A DNA stretch of 45,374 nt from the NCBI GenBank assembly GCA_048882325.1, contig JBHLRS010000024.1:1-45374 (forward strand), written 5' to 3'. Position numbers and translations under genes: made by a program. The notes below the pieces were generated by a model, which saw only the letters and a program-made list of their open reading frames with translations, was not told the origin of the DNA and did not search any database. The stretch's first letter is position 1; the number at the start of each line of letters is the position of its first letter. This document shows positions 29,915 to 39,195 of the stretch, piece after piece. This DNA comes from Candidatus Thorarchaeota archaeon. Lineage in GTDB: Archaea; Asgardarchaeota; Thorarchaeia; Thorarchaeales; Thorarchaeaceae.

Positions 29915-30625
29915 TCACTTGCTTCCATAACTTTGCCTTAAGATTTCTATAACTCTTTCTCGTGGCACTATATCACTCGCAACAAGGGCAAGAGTCTCAT
30001 CCTTCATCTCACCCTCTTTGACTAGGTCATAACCAGCCTGTTTCACATTGTCAAGAATATGACCGAGTGGAGCACCCTGTTTCAGTGCAGGTTCAATAAT
30101 CCAACCGTAGGGTCGAAGTAGTGCACCAACATACTCTCTGCTCATGTTCTTGCTAAGCGCTTTGACATGTGTAATCAAGGGATCGAAATTGTCCATTTCA
30201 TAAAAGCCGCAGACAGCAAATAGAGCGATCTTTCCCGTCTTCACATGTTCTCGGAGCGCATGTCGACAATGATCATCACGAATCTCAAAGGCACCATGTA
30301 AAATAGGAATTGTTCTATCTAACAGTGTCTTCAGAGAGCCCGTCATACCATCGACATAGACAGGGGTAGCAAGTACAATCAAATCTGCATCAGATATCTT
30401 GTCCAAGATCTCCCCCATCTCATCGTCCTGAATACATTTGCCTGGTGTAGTTGACCAACAAGTAAAGCACCCACGACAGTCTCCAAGATCAAGGCCTTTG
30501 GAGTAGATAATTTCAACATCTGCTCCAGCGTTCTGCATCCCTTCTACGAAGTGTTTGAGAAGCCCTCCAGTGGTCCCACGTTCTTTTTTGGGACTACCGT
30601 TGAAAACAAGTACGTTCATAGTCAT
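29915..30625 (-). CDS. Iron-sulfur flavoprotein / flavodoxin-like NADPH-dependent FMN reductase family
   Basis: NGSPKKERGTT, CRGCFTCW.....C..QD, ATPVY. Confidence 0.85.
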   Translation of the reverse strand: MTMNVLVFNGSPKKERGTTGGLLKHFVEGMQNAGADVEIIYSKGLDLGDCRGCFTCWSTTPGKCIQDDEMGEILDKISDADLIVLATPVYVDGMTGSLKTLLDRTIPILHGAFEIRDDHCRHALREHVKTGKIALFAVCGFYEMDNFDPLITHVKALSKNMSREYVGALLRPYGWIIEPALKQGAPLGHILDNVKQAGYDLVKEGEMKDETLALVASDIVPRERVIEILRQSYGSK

Positions 30626-30721
30626 GACCTCTAGATTTTGCTAATCCTGGGTTCTTAAGGTTTACACGTTTTTTCAATTTCCTCTAGTTTTGGAGAGTCG
30701 TACCATTTAGAGGAAATTCGT

Positions 30722-31864
30722 TCAGAACACCCTATGTTTGATATCAATTCCTCTTGAACGAAGCTCCTCAATAAACAGGTCAGGTGGAATACAACGTTCA
30801 GGTGTTAGGACACCACGTTCAGAGATTCGACCATCCACCATCATCATGGCAGTCACAGAGGCCGGGAATGAGGTTGTTCGCATCATTGATGTCAGATTTG
30901 TCTTTTCATCAAATAGGTCTATCACCTCATACTCAATGTTCCTTGACTCGGTGCCTTTCCATCCTTCTACCATCACTCGAAGGAGTGTTACATCCTTACC
31001 GGAAGGCGGCAGATTTTTCTCAAGTAGGGTTTCGAGAACTCTACGAGGAGCAACTTTCTTTCCATCAACATCCATCTCCTCACTGCCCATCAGACCAAGC
31101 TTCATGAGACACCACATCTTGTGCCCATGTCCAGGATATCTGATAGTCTTGTAATCCAACTCCTTTACTTTTCCTTCATATGTATAGGGTAGTGTGGATG
31201 TACCACCAGATGTATTGAAAGCCTCTAGTTTACCATAAGGTTCTGGGAATGTTATTTCCTCAAAACCAACCAAGGGTTCTTCAATTTTGATCTTACCATC
31301 CCTCAATGCGACACAAGGTTCGATATACTCATTTATCAAACCTTCAACTGAAAATATGAGGGCATAATTGAGTGGAGGACGTGGTTCCTGTTGTAGACCG
31401 CCAACCCGAATTTTCACACTTTCAACTCTATCTAGATACTCGATTCCTTCTCGAGCTAAAACACTGACCATTCCAGGCGCAAGTCCACAATCTGGAACTA
31501 CCGTAACACCTGCATCTTTTGCCTGCTCATGCATCTCAAGTTGCTTTTGAACGATAGTCCATCCACCACCAAGATCACACATGTGCGTACCTGTTTCAAT
31601 TGCGACCTCAGTATGAAGAACGTTGACTGTATAACTCACAGCACTGATTACAGAGTCAACTTCGGAAAACGCCTTTGCTAGTTGGTCACGATTCTTTGCA
31701 TCAACAGTCTTGGCAACAGCCTTCTCGCCAACCTCCTTAGCAAGAGACTCTGCACACTTGGGATCAATATCCGCAACAACGATTTGTTCAACGCTATCTT
31801 GTTTAACTAGGTCATAGGCAGCGCCTTTTCCCATTTGCCCAGACCCGAGAACTAGGACCTTCAT
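30722..31864 (-). CDS. Saccharopine dehydrogenase / lysine 6-dehydrogenase family
   Basis: GSGQMG, DLGG, DCGLAPG, VGGLQQEP.PPLNY, EAFNTSGGTSTL, YKTIRYPGH, MMRTT. Confidence 0.88.
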   Translation of the reverse strand: MKVLVLGSGQMGKGAAYDLVKQDSVEQIVVADIDPKCAESLAKEVGEKAVAKTVDAKNRDQLAKAFSEVDSVISAVSYTVNVLHTEVAIETGTHMCDLGGGWTIVQKQLEMHEQAKDAGVTVVPDCGLAPGMVSVLAREGIEYLDRVESVKIRVGGLQQEPRPPLNYALIFSVEGLINEYIEPCVALRDGKIKIEEPLVGFEEITFPEPYGKLEAFNTSGGTSTLPYTYEGKVKELDYKTIRYPGHGHKMWCLMKLGLMGSEEMDVDGKKVAPRRVLETLLEKNLPPSGKDVTLLRVMVEGWKGTESRNIEYEVIDLFDEKTNLTSMMRTTSFPASVTAMMMVDGRISERGVLTPERCIPPDLFIEELRSRGIDIKHRVF

Positions 31865-32034
31865 ATCAGGCTCTCCTCAAAGTATGTGTACCACACAAGG
31901 AGGAACGGCGAGTAAAAACAGTTCCGTAGAACGCCACTACTCACTGTATATGGCCATCAAATGCGTTTCTTCAAAGAGCAGATTAAACGCCTTGAGAAAG
32001 GCTGAAACAACTGTGAATGGATTCTTAGAAGTTT

Positions 32035-33927
32035 TCACACTTCGCGTGAGAAAATTGCTTGCTTAGAAACCAGATTTGGAAGTAGAAGCCGTTGCCGAGG
32101 AGCAAAACTGGTCTTTTCTTGGATCTCTTTTGCTAGTTCTTCTACAGTCATTTTGACCTGGTCTTTCATCTCTCGACGACGAATAGCTAATTTACCACTA
32201 CTTCTCTCCTTCTCGCCTATAACTGCTATATAGGGAATCCAGAGTTTCTCCGCAGATCGTACCTTTTTCCCTACAGTCTGAGACCGGTCGTCAATCTCAT
32301 ATCGGATTCCAGCCTCTTCCAGCGCTTTGCCCAGCTCTTGACAATAAGGAACGAAGCTGTCATCCACTGGAGCAAAACGGACCTGAACAGGCGTCATCCA
32401 GAGGGGGAGATGCGGGACATCACCTTGTTTCATGTTCTTGTACGCTTGTTCCAAAACACCATATAGTATTCTCTCGACTGCTCCAGAGGGAGAAGTATGT
32501 AGAATCAATGGATGTTTCTCCTTGCCATCAGCGTCTACGTAGGTAATATTGAATCTCTCACCATTTTCGACATCAATTTGAACAGTACTAAGACATCCTG
32601 CTTTCTTCTGAGCATCGACAACGTTCCACTCACACTTGAAGATGAAGTAAGCATATCTCTCGTCGAACACTTCCACCAAGACAGGCTTTCCTACCTTGTC
32701 TACTACTTTTTGTGCGAACTCCTTGTTCCTTTCGTAGAAGTCCCTCAGAATTCTGAACGAAACCTCAATAGACACTTCAAGCTCGTTGAGAAGTTTCTCG
32801 ACAAACTCCATTTGTCGCAACACTGCCTCCATTGCCATCTCTTCATCAGCGACAATCTCGTGAATATCTGGCATCGTAAAGGCCCTCAAGCGTCTCATGC
32901 CAGCAAGCTCGCCACTCTGCTCACGACGATATGATGGTGCTATTTCGAATAGCTTCAATGGTAATTGCTTATAGGAAACAGTTGCCTGAGAAATCGTCAG
33001 GAACTGGCCAAAACATGCGCTGAACCTCGCGAAATATTCGTGCTCTCCTGATTTTACCACGTACTGTCTCGATGGGAACCTTTTGAGGTATGACTTGAGT
33101 GATGGGTGTTCATAGTCGTAGATCAATGGAGTTTGGAGAACATGCGCCCCATAGTCTATCATCTCCGCAGTGACCCTTTCCTCGATGGCCTTCTTTAGTG
33201 TGAGTCCTCTCGGAGGCCACCTAAAGTTTCCAGCATCTGAACCTGGCTCGTAATCAACAAGCTCAAGCTGCTTCATAAGCTCAATGTGTGGAGGAGGTTC
33301 TTGCGCAGTTCTATCCTTCGCAGTTTCGTAATCCACATAGAGCTTTAGCTCATCGAATTTAGCATAATTAAACTTCTTTGCATCCGTGACCTTTCCACCA
33401 GGTTCCATGATGTAAAAAGTGGAGGTGGCTTTTTCCTCCGCGACCAGTGCAGTGAGGTCCTCACCCTCTGTCACTTCGACATCCGCATCCTGCGCTATTG
33501 CAGTTGAGAGGTCTAGGACCTTCGACCGCTCAGCAAGTGGGTGGCCTTTACAATGAATCTCGAATGCCTTATACCAACCAAAAGGAACTCGAACAACATT
33601 AAATCCTCTCTCTTGCAGATCCTTTGCTACAACCTTCAGGAGTTTGAGGGCAACAGATGGCTTTGAGGGGTTTTCACTAAGGTGGACCCATGGATAGACC
33701 ACTATATTCTTCTCCTTGACCTCATCTGCAGCGCTTGCAATCATATCAGCAGTTGCTTTTGCAGCAGCGGTAACATCCTTGGTATCTGTTGTTTCAGCAG
33801 CGATGAAATTGACTAGGCATGAGTCCTCAGTCTTGTAGAACTTGTCTTTCACTGCCTCTGCATTCTTGAGTGCTTTTCTCTTCGCCTCATAAGCGAAACC
33901 ATCGCTGTGAATCTGTAGCATTCTCAA
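32035..33927 (-). CDS. thrS: Threonine--tRNA ligase, archaeal type with N-terminal editing domain
   Basis: MRMLQIHSD, YPWVHLS, PFGWYKAF.I.CKGHPLAE, FSACFGQF, YRREQSGEL.GMRRLRAFTMPD, STVQID, LHTSPSGAVER. Confidence 0.96.
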   Translation of the reverse strand: MRMLQIHSDGFAYEAKRKALKNAEAVKDKFYKTEDSCLVNFIAAETTDTKDVTAAAKATADMIASAADEVKEKNIVVYPWVHLSENPSKPSVALKLLKVVAKDLQERGFNVVRVPFGWYKAFEIHCKGHPLAERSKVLDLSTAIAQDADVEVTEGEDLTALVAEEKATSTFYIMEPGGKVTDAKKFNYAKFDELKLYVDYETAKDRTAQEPPPHIELMKQLELVDYEPGSDAGNFRWPPRGLTLKKAIEERVTAEMIDYGAHVLQTPLIYDYEHPSLKSYLKRFPSRQYVVKSGEHEYFARFSACFGQFLTISQATVSYKQLPLKLFEIAPSYRREQSGELAGMRRLRAFTMPDIHEIVADEEMAMEAVLRQMEFVEKLLNELEVSIEVSFRILRDFYERNKEFAQKVVDKVGKPVLVEVFDERYAYFIFKCEWNVVDAQKKAGCLSTVQIDVENGERFNITYVDADGKEKHPLILHTSPSGAVERILYGVLEQAYKNMKQGDVPHLPLWMTPVQVRFAPVDDSFVPYCQELGKALEEAGIRYEIDDRSQTVGKKVRSAEKLWIPYIAVIGEKERSSGKLAIRRREMKDQVKMTVEELAKEIQEKTSFAPRQRLLLPNLVSKQAIFSREV

Positions 33928-34062
33928 TGTAATACCTCAACAGAGTATGTGGTGATTGGTTTCTCTCTTAAGCTTGATGTAAGAGTGAATACTTTATGGT
34001 AGAGACTCATGGATGGATAGTTATAAGTTAAAATCAACATCATATATTGTGAGGGAGTAAGG

Positions 34063-34578
34063 TTGAAGATCAATGGTTTAATTCATTTGCTTCACATTCT
34101 CCAGAATGACGTAGAACCTTTGCCTGAACCCTTCAGGACCATTTTCTTTTACTTGGTGTTGTTTGGAGGAGTGATCATCCCGATATGTGCATGTTTATTC
34201 GGGTGGGCCCGTAGAAACGCTGCAAAAAGACGTGTCGAGGAACTAGGTGTTTCTTGGAAGGAAATGGATGCAAAACTACCTAAAACTGAAGATGCCCTGA
34301 TTGACAACCTATTCTGCATTGTTGTTGTGATTCTCGTCATCTTTGTAGGGATTGTTGTTGTCCTAATGCAGATATTAGGGCCGTTTGTCAGGGATATAGC
34401 TGTAGTAGTCCTAGTTGCTTTTGCAATTCTGTTCATTGTGGCATGCTGCCCCATTGCCATGATTTGGGGAGTTAGGGTTGATGAGCGTAGAAACAGCGAG
34501 CGGATTAGAATGGCAGAAGAATATGAGAGATTGAAAGAAACAGGTGGAACAGTGAGCGAAGACCCCTTCAAAGACTAG
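34063..34578 (+). CDS. Small membrane protein (about 3 TM helices), unknown function
   Basis: Three hydrophobic segments. GAGGGAG upstream of the TTG start. Confidence 0.65.
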   Translation: MKINGLIHLLHILQNDVEPLPEPFRTIFFYLVLFGGVIIPICACLFGWARRNAAKRRVEELGVSWKEMDAKLPKTEDALIDNLFCIVVVILVIFVGIVVVLMQILGPFVRDIAVVVLVAFAILFIVACCPIAMIWGVRVDERRNSERIRMAEEYERLKETGGTVSEDPFKD

Positions 34579-34662
34579 ACTAACTGAATGCTCGAACCAT
34601 CTTGATTTCACATCCTCGCTGAACATCAACTATATTAGGATTTATTCCAAAACAGATGAATA

Positions 34663-34752
34663 ATGAAAATCTTGACTGAAAATGCAGTTGCCACTTCAAT
34701 ATACATGACAGTATACTGTCAGTATAGTGGCGTCTATTATAGCTATCATTAG
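34663..34752 (+). CDS. Putative Tyr-rich leader peptide MKILTENAVATSIYMTVYCQYSGVYYSYH
   Basis: ATG 34663 to TAG 34750-34752. Six Tyr in the last 16 sense codons, including a YY pair. TATATTA at 34631. Lies 132 nt before the first gene of a tyrosine biosynthesis operon. Confidence 0.6.
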   Translation: MKILTENAVATSIYMTVYCQYSGVYYSYH

Positions 34753-34847
34753 CTGATAGACTGCTAGTCAAGATCCTGCAACTCGCAGATTCTTATTTTG
34801 GTGGTTCTATGGCTCTAAAACGAAATCTAGTGGATGGGAGGTCTCCC
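34669..34847 (+). promoter_or_regulatory. Attenuator-like structured leader RNA
   Basis: ATCTTGACT/AGTCAAGAT, GCCAC/GTGGC around the palindrome TGACAGTATACTGTCA, GTCTAT/ATAGAC, then CTGC-AACTC-GCAG followed by TTCTTATTTT, and GGGAG-GT-CTCCC. Confidence 0.55.
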
Positions 34848-34884
34848 GACAAATGGACAAATCATTCAGTGGAGGGAAGAGATA

Positions 34885-36273
34885 ATGACTGAATTAAGTA
34901 TCCTTCGGGCCGAGATTCAGAAAGTCACCCTGGAAATCATAGATTTGATTGGAAAACGCAATGAACTAGCAAGAGAAGTTGCAAAGGAAAAAACCCGGAC
35001 GGGAGCACCATTAGTAAATAGGGAGATTGAACAAAATCTCCGAAATTTGGTCCTTGAGAAAAGCCATGATTCATTGATTGATCCAAAGTTCGCAATGCGA
35101 TTGCTCAATCAACTAATCATAGAGTCCATTCGAACTCAAAAGAGCCACATTAAATCACCAATCATCCCAAACGCATACACAACACTCTTGAAAGCACGAA
35201 GACTCGAACAGAGTGGTAGAGATATCATTCACCTAGAGGTTGGTGAACCTGATTTTGGGCCTCCAGCTCAAGTTGCTAGATCGCTTGATGAAGCTGTAAG
35301 AGCCGGAAGAACATGCTACACAGACTCTGCAGGAATTGAGGGGCTCAGGATTAAGATTGCAGAACACTTGAACTTGAAGAGTGGAACTGCACTATCTGCT
35401 GAAAATGTAGTCGTATCTGTTGGAGGTCGATTGGCACTCACTCTAAGTATTGCCACAAATCTGATTCCTGGTGATGAGGTAATAATCATTGACCCATCGT
35501 ATCCTGCATATTCAGAAATCGTGAAACAGTCTGGTGGCAGACCAGTCCATATAACAACAAGACTCGAGGAGAACTGGAATCCAGACATTGGAGAGCTTGA
35601 AAGCAGTATCAACAAGTCAACAAGGATGATGATACTGAACAATCCATGTAACCCAATAGGAAAGAGTCTATCCAAATCGGTCTTCGAGGATATTGTAGAG
35701 CTGGCAGTCGGAAACGACCTCACTATCGTAAGTGATGAGGTCTATTCAAATTACACCTTCTCTTCAAGAACCAGTATCTTGGAATTTCCACATAGTAAGC
35801 ATGTCTACATAGATTCGTTCTCCAAGACTTATGGAATGACTGGTTTCAGACTAGGATTCGCTGTTTCAGATGTAGATACAATTCAACGGATTACGAAACT
35901 GCAGAATCTCTTCTTGACTTGCGTTCCAGAGTTCATCCAATATGCAGGTATCAGCGCGATCGATAGCACTGAGGATGCAAAACGATTTGCAGAGTTAATT
36001 GAGAAACGAATGAAGGTTATGTGTAATGAACTGGAAAATGCGCCATTGTCATTCTATAGGCCTGATGGCGGGTTCTATATTTTCCCTAGACTTGATAATG
36101 ATTCTCTGACTGGGATTGAGTTCTCTGATAGACTTCTCTCTGAGATGGGAGTTGCTGTAGTACCGGGTGATGCATATGGATCAGAATTCTCTCGTTTCTT
36201 CAGGATTTCAATTTGTCAATCTGAAGAAGACCTCATTGCAGGGGCAAAGATGATCAAGGAGGTGCTGAGGTGA
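34885..36273 (+). CDS. Chorismate mutase (AroQ) fused to a class I/II PLP aminotransferase
   Basis: N-terminal LRAEI...LIGKR..LA..VAKEK...N.EIE (AroQ-like). GEPDF, NNPCNPIG, SDEVY, SFSKTYGMTGFRLG. ATG 34885 follows GGAGGGA. The ORF track starts it at 34834. Confidence 0.85.
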   Translation: MTELSILRAEIQKVTLEIIDLIGKRNELAREVAKEKTRTGAPLVNREIEQNLRNLVLEKSHDSLIDPKFAMRLLNQLIIESIRTQKSHIKSPIIPNAYTTLLKARRLEQSGRDIIHLEVGEPDFGPPAQVARSLDEAVRAGRTCYTDSAGIEGLRIKIAEHLNLKSGTALSAENVVVSVGGRLALTLSIATNLIPGDEVIIIDPSYPAYSEIVKQSGGRPVHITTRLEENWNPDIGELESSINKSTRMMILNNPCNPIGKSLSKSVFEDIVELAVGNDLTIVSDEVYSNYTFSSRTSILEFPHSKHVYIDSFSKTYGMTGFRLGFAVSDVDTIQRITKLQNLFLTCVPEFIQYAGISAIDSTEDAKRFAELIEKRMKVMCNELENAPLSFYRPDGGFYIFPRLDNDSLTGIEFSDRLLSEMGVAVVPGDAYGSEFSRFFRISICQSEEDLIAGAKMIKEVLR

Positions 36274-37118
36274 GAATAGCGGTTATCGGAGGGGCTGGAC
36301 AAATGGGAAATTGGTTGGTAAACCATTTCATAGAGCGTGGAATGTCTGTCATCATTTCTGATCCTCGGAAACCAAAGGACATTGCCATTGAGTCTACTAC
36401 GAATAATCAGATTGCTGTGATTGATGCTGATGTTGTCTTAGTTTCAGTACCAATGGAATTGACGCCCAAAACTATTCAAGAAGTAGTTCCACACATGAAA
36501 TCCGATTCTATCATTTGCGAAATATCTACTCTTAAAGCAAAAGCGATTGAAACCCTGCTTCATTCGGATACTAATCATGTCCGACCAGTAAGCCTACATC
36601 CACTCTTTGGACCAAGAGCAGATGAATTACAGAAGAGATTCGCGTTGGTTCCTATCAGGAACCTTGAGGAAGAGAAGAAAATTGCTGAGCAATTGTTTCC
36701 AGATTCGGACTTTGTTATTGTGGAGAGAGAGAGCCACGATCGAATGATGGCACTGACATTGTCATTACCTTACTTCACAAACATGGTTCTTGCTTCAGTC
36801 TTTCATTCAGAAGATATTCGATTAATGGAACAACTGAGTGGTACGACCTTCAAGATTCAATTCATGTTGACTGGGAGTATAATGTCTCATTCATCTGGAT
36901 TTCAGACAGCGCTTCAAACAGAGAATGAATATGCCTTGGAATTGCTTACTGACTTTCGAAGGAAATTCGAAAACCATCTCGAACTTCTAAACCAAGACCG
37001 AGAAGAATTCGAGAGGACATATCGGACTCTTCAGAGTAGTATTGGTGGCAAAGTGAACTTAGACATCAAGTATGAGGAAATGTACAAATTTCTCAAGATC
37101 ATGGAGGGGGTTTTATGA
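36270..37118 (+). CDS. tyrA: Prephenate/arogenate dehydrogenase
   Basis: IGGAGQMG, VSVP, EISTLK, SLHPLFGP, HDRMMA. GTGA overlap with the upstream gene. Confidence 0.88.
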   Translation: MRIAVIGGAGQMGNWLVNHFIERGMSVIISDPRKPKDIAIESTTNNQIAVIDADVVLVSVPMELTPKTIQEVVPHMKSDSIICEISTLKAKAIETLLHSDTNHVRPVSLHPLFGPRADELQKRFALVPIRNLEEEKKIAEQLFPDSDFVIVERESHDRMMALTLSLPYFTNMVLASVFHSEDIRLMEQLSGTTFKIQFMLTGSIMSHSSGFQTALQTENEYALELLTDFRRKFENHLELLNQDREEFERTYRTLQSSIGGKVNLDIKYEEMYKFLKIMEGVL

Positions 37119-38203
37119 TGTCCGTTAGGTTTGAGGTGAAAACGCGATCTAGAACATATCCAGTGACAATTGGTCAGAATATCCTTAACTCAATAAGTGA
37201 GTATCTCAAGAAGCCAACTGGTCGCATCTTTGTCATAACTGATGATGTTGTTTCAAATCTCTACCTTCAGGAACTCCTCCAAGGATTGCCAAGCTCTGAG
37301 CTGGAAACTGTAGTCTTTGAGCTTGAGCACGGTGAGGAATCAAAGACTCTTACTTCAGCAAGCAAGTTGTATGACTTCCTTGTGGAAAATTTTGCTACGC
37401 GATCTGATACTATACTTGCATTTGGAGGTGGAGTGGTTGGAGATGTCGCAGGGTTCGTAGCATCTTCATTCAAGAGAGGAATGCGTTTAGTTCATGTACC
37501 AACAACTCTTCTAGCGCAGGTAGATTCAACTGTCGGGGGAAAGACTGGGATCAATCTCGCAGCAGGAAAGAACCTAGTGGGTACATTCTATCAGCCTCAT
37601 GAAGTTGTGATTGATGTATGCATTCTTAGATCACTCTCTGAGAGTGAATTTGCTGCTGGCATTGCGGAAGTCATCAAATATGGAGTTATCATGGATTACC
37701 AACTTCTCCAGTTTTTGATGAATGAAACAGTGAAGATTCTCGAGAGGGATCCAGGAACGGTTGCCACACTTGTAGCGAAGGCTCTTGAAAACAAGAAAAC
37801 CATCATTGAACTAGACGAAACGGAAGATAGAGGAAAGCGAGAGGTACTCAATTTTGGCCATACTATTGGACATGCGATTGAAACGTGTTCGAACCATTCA
37901 ATACTGCATGGTCAAGCTGTAGCAATCGGAATGGTCGAGGAGGCTCGTTTGGCCGTAGAGAGAGGACTCCTAGAAAGAGCAGCTCTGGAATCATTGATTC
38001 AGGTCCTTTGCAGGTTTGGTTTACCGACAGTGATTCCGAGAGAGATCGATGTTGAGAAGATCAATGAAGTAGTTCGACAAGACAAGAAGGTCAGGTCTGG
38101 CCAACTGATTATTCCAGTATTGATTGGATTAGGTAAGACCGAGATTATGGTTGTTAGAGATTTGAACCTGATTAGTAACAATGGAGAAGATATCCAATGC
38201 TAG
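37115..38203 (+). CDS. aroB: 3-dehydroquinate synthase (type I)
   Basis: GEESK, GGGVVGDVAGF, PTTLLAQVDS.VGGKTGIN, KNLVGTFYQP, LNFGHTIGHAIE, LHGQAV. Confidence 0.95.
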   Translation: MMSVRFEVKTRSRTYPVTIGQNILNSISEYLKKPTGRIFVITDDVVSNLYLQELLQGLPSSELETVVFELEHGEESKTLTSASKLYDFLVENFATRSDTILAFGGGVVGDVAGFVASSFKRGMRLVHVPTTLLAQVDSTVGGKTGINLAAGKNLVGTFYQPHEVVIDVCILRSLSESEFAAGIAEVIKYGVIMDYQLLQFLMNETVKILERDPGTVATLVAKALENKKTIIELDETEDRGKREVLNFGHTIGHAIETCSNHSILHGQAVAIGMVEEARLAVERGLLERAALESLIQVLCRFGLPTVIPREIDVEKINEVVRQDKKVRSGQLIIPVLIGLGKTEIMVVRDLNLISNNGEDIQC

Positions 38204-39195
38204 TCGTAATGTACAAGAATGCAACAAATGAACAAGTAGAGAAAGTGCTCGAGATAGTGAAGGAGTTGGGCTATACACCAATTCCGAATCCTGGAGCACA
38301 GAGAATGGTTATCAACATAACAGGTGATGTGGACCTCCTGGACTCCAATAGAATAGAGGGTCTAGCAGGGGTCATGAAGGTCATCCGGGTCACAAAACCC
38401 TATAGACTTGCAGACATCGAAGTGAAATCAGGCCCGACTGTGATTGAGGTTGGAGATGTTGAGATTGGTGGTGGTACCCGAGTCATTATTGCTGGTCCCT
38501 GTAGTGTTGAGTCTAAGGACCAAATTGTTGAAGCCGCACAAGCAGTGAAGGACTGCGGAGCAGATATTCTCCGAGGAGGTGCATACAAGCCAAGAACCTC
38601 ACCTTATTCGTTCCAGGGTCTGGGAAGAGAGGGATTGAAGCATCTTGAAATTGCACGACAGCAAACAGGTTTGCCATTCATCACTGAAGCTGTTGACATT
38701 GAGAGCTTTTCTCTTGTTGAAGCAACCGCAGACATCGTGCAAATAGGTGCAAGGAATATGCAGAACTATTCCCTGTTAAAACGGGCAGGGAGGTCTCCAA
38801 AACCCATCTTGTTGAAAAGAGGGATGTGGGCAAACCTGAATGAACTCCTTGCAGCTGCGGAATATATCATGGCGGAAGGTAATCACAACGTTATACTATG
38901 CGAACGAGGAATCAGGACTCAGAGCAATCATGTGAGATTCACGTTGGATCTTGCAAGTATTCCTGTTCTACGCGGACTAACACATCTTCCACTCATAGTA
39001 GACCCAAGCCACGCAGCAGGAAAAAGGGACATTGTGATTCCTCTTGCCCGTGCAGGACTTGCGGTTGGAGCTGATGGATTAATCATCGAGGTTCATCCAC
39101 ATCCAGAAGAAGCCCTGGTTGATGGGGCGCAATCACTTACGGTTGAGATGTTTCGCGACTTCATGATATCAATCAATGAGGTAGATAGTGGTTGA
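38197..39195 (+). CDS. aroF: DAHP synthase type I-beta with N-terminal regulatory (ACT/ferredoxin-like) domain
   Basis: IAGPCSVES, RGGAYKPRTSPYSFQG, QIGARNMQN, LCERGIR, DPSH, DGAQS. Confidence 0.94.
   Translation: MLVVMYKNATNEQVEKVLEIVKELGYTPIPNPGAQRMVINITGDVDLLDSNRIEGLAGVMKVIRVTKPYRLADIEVKSGPTVIEVGDVEIGGGTRVIIAGPCSVESKDQIVEAAQAVKDCGADILRGGAYKPRTSPYSFQGLGREGLKHLEIARQQTGLPFITEAVDIESFSLVEATADIVQIGARNMQNYSLLKRAGRSPKPILLKRGMWANLNELLAAAEYIMAEGNHNVILCERGIRTQSNHVRFTLDLASIPVLRGLTHLPLIVDPSHAAGKRDIVIPLARAGLAVGADGLIIEVHPHPEEALVDGAQSLTVEMFRDFMISINEVDSG

Noticed and set aside
33928-34062. T-box or Thr-rich leader upstream of thrS
   Set aside because: Short AT-rich divergent promoter region with no T-box sequence or Thr-codon run.
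34580-34771. 63-aa minus-strand ORF in the aro leader region
   Set aside because: No motif or RBS. It is antisense to the Tyr-rich leader ORF, which fits the genomic context better.
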